Positions 34,814 through 35,425 of a stretch of DNA of 35,425 nt are shown piece after piece (position 1 is the stretch's first letter; the number at the start of each line of letters is the position of its first letter). This DNA comes from an uncultured virus (IMG/VR IMGVR_UViG_3300043777_000372) (taxonomy: Duplodnaviria; Heunggongvirae; Uroviricota; Caudoviricetes). The stretch lies in the IMG/VR virus record IMGVR_UViG_3300043777_000372. One strand, 5' to 3'. The notes under the pieces are model-generated. The model was not told where the DNA came from and made no database searches. It was given only the letters and a program-made list of their open reading frames with translations. A program made the translations under genes and the position numbers.

Positions 34814-35425
34814 ATGACGACAACTGAGAAGTGGATGTCCCTGCCCCTGCTCGACACGATCACCATCAAGTTGGGCAACCACCCGAAGCCGAACGGTGGC
34901 GTCGAAGCCTGCGCCATGGAGGCCGCCTACCTTCGTTGGGCGATCAAGCAGGGATGGTCGAAGACGAAGATCGTTGCCGGCTGGACGGACTCGCTCGACT
35001 GCGTCTGCCCGATGATCGGCGGCTTCGTGCGACGGTGGAATGACGCTATCGCGGACGATGCTGTCCGTACGCGCATCTTCTCGCCCGACCTACTCGACCT
35101 GCTCCCAGGCACGAAGGGCGATGATGTGCTCTTGCTACGCCGTATGTGGCTCGCGATCGATTGGGATCTCAGGACGCGAACGCCCGCCTTCCTCCGGCTC
35201 GCGAAGCTGGACGCTTGCGCGGTCGCGATCGAAGCGCTGCCGCCCATCACGTCACAGGCGCAGCTCAACGATGCTCGGGCGGTTTTCCAGAATGCACGAA
35301 CGAAAGCGAGCGCCGCCAGGGCCGCCGCCTGGGACGCCGCCTGGGAAGCCGCCGGGTACGCCGCCAGGGCCGTCGCCGGGGACGCCGCCTGGGACGCCGC
35401 CTGGGAAGCCGCCTGGGCCGCCGCC
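34814..35425 (+). CDS. hypothetical protein with AAW(D/E/A) repeats, truncated by the window end
   Basis: AGGAG upstream; frame open to the end; ACAMEAA...WTD..DCVCPMI..FVRRWND then Ala-rich repeats. Confidence 0.8.
   Translation, partial: MTTTEKWMSLPLLDTITIKLGNHPKPNGGVEACAMEAAYLRWAIKQGWSKTKIVAGWTDSLDCVCPMIGGFVRRWNDAIADDAVRTRIFSPDLLDLLPGTKGDDVLLLRRMWLAIDWDLRTRTPAFLRLAKLDACAVAIEALPPITSQAQLNDARAVFQNARTKASAARAAAWDAAWEAAGYAARAVAGDAAWDAAWEAAWAAA
35312..35425 (+). repeat. 12-bp tandem repeat GCCGCC-(T/A/G)GG-NNN, 9.5 units
   Basis: Read directly; encodes AARA AAWD AAWE AAGY AARA VAGD AAWD AAWE AAWA AA. Confidence 0.9.

Noticed and set aside
34814..35425. Diversity-generating retroelement variable repeat
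   Set aside because: No reverse transcriptase or template repeat seen; variation is not an adenine-specific TR/VR pattern.
1..35425. tRNA or rRNA genes
   Set aside because: None recognised by eye; a tRNAscan-SE/Infernal run would be needed to exclude them.

Overview
GC-rich fragment of a contractile-tailed (myovirus-like) phage or prophage. The host is probably a myxobacterium, inferred from Cys/DAG-rich lipoproteins. About 1-23.3 kb is the neck/tail module on the + strand: neck genes, sheath, tube, tail chaperone with a -1 frameshift site, tape measure, LysM protein, hub, spike, wedge/J proteins and a fibre-like protein. Five small minus-strand gene cassettes interrupt it, one encoding an oligoribonuclease homologue. 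About 23.4-28.8 kb holds accessory lipoproteins, a holin-like and a lytic-transglycosylase-like gene, and a ~500-bp non-coding stretch. About 29-35.4 kb is a replication module (SF2 helicase, DnaB-like helicase, primase). No capsid, terminase or integrase is in the window. The standout feature is a 22-bp perfect palindrome, AAAGTGAGGTCGACCTCACTTT, in 12 strong and 2 degenerate dispersed copies. Many copies sit a fixed distance upstream of -10-like hexamers followed 6-7 nt later by a start codon (leaderless-type promoters), often back-to-back. These hexamers fall into two classes: TA-type for virion genes and gcggCAT-type mostly for accessory genes. All product calls come from motifs and gene order read by eye, with no database search.
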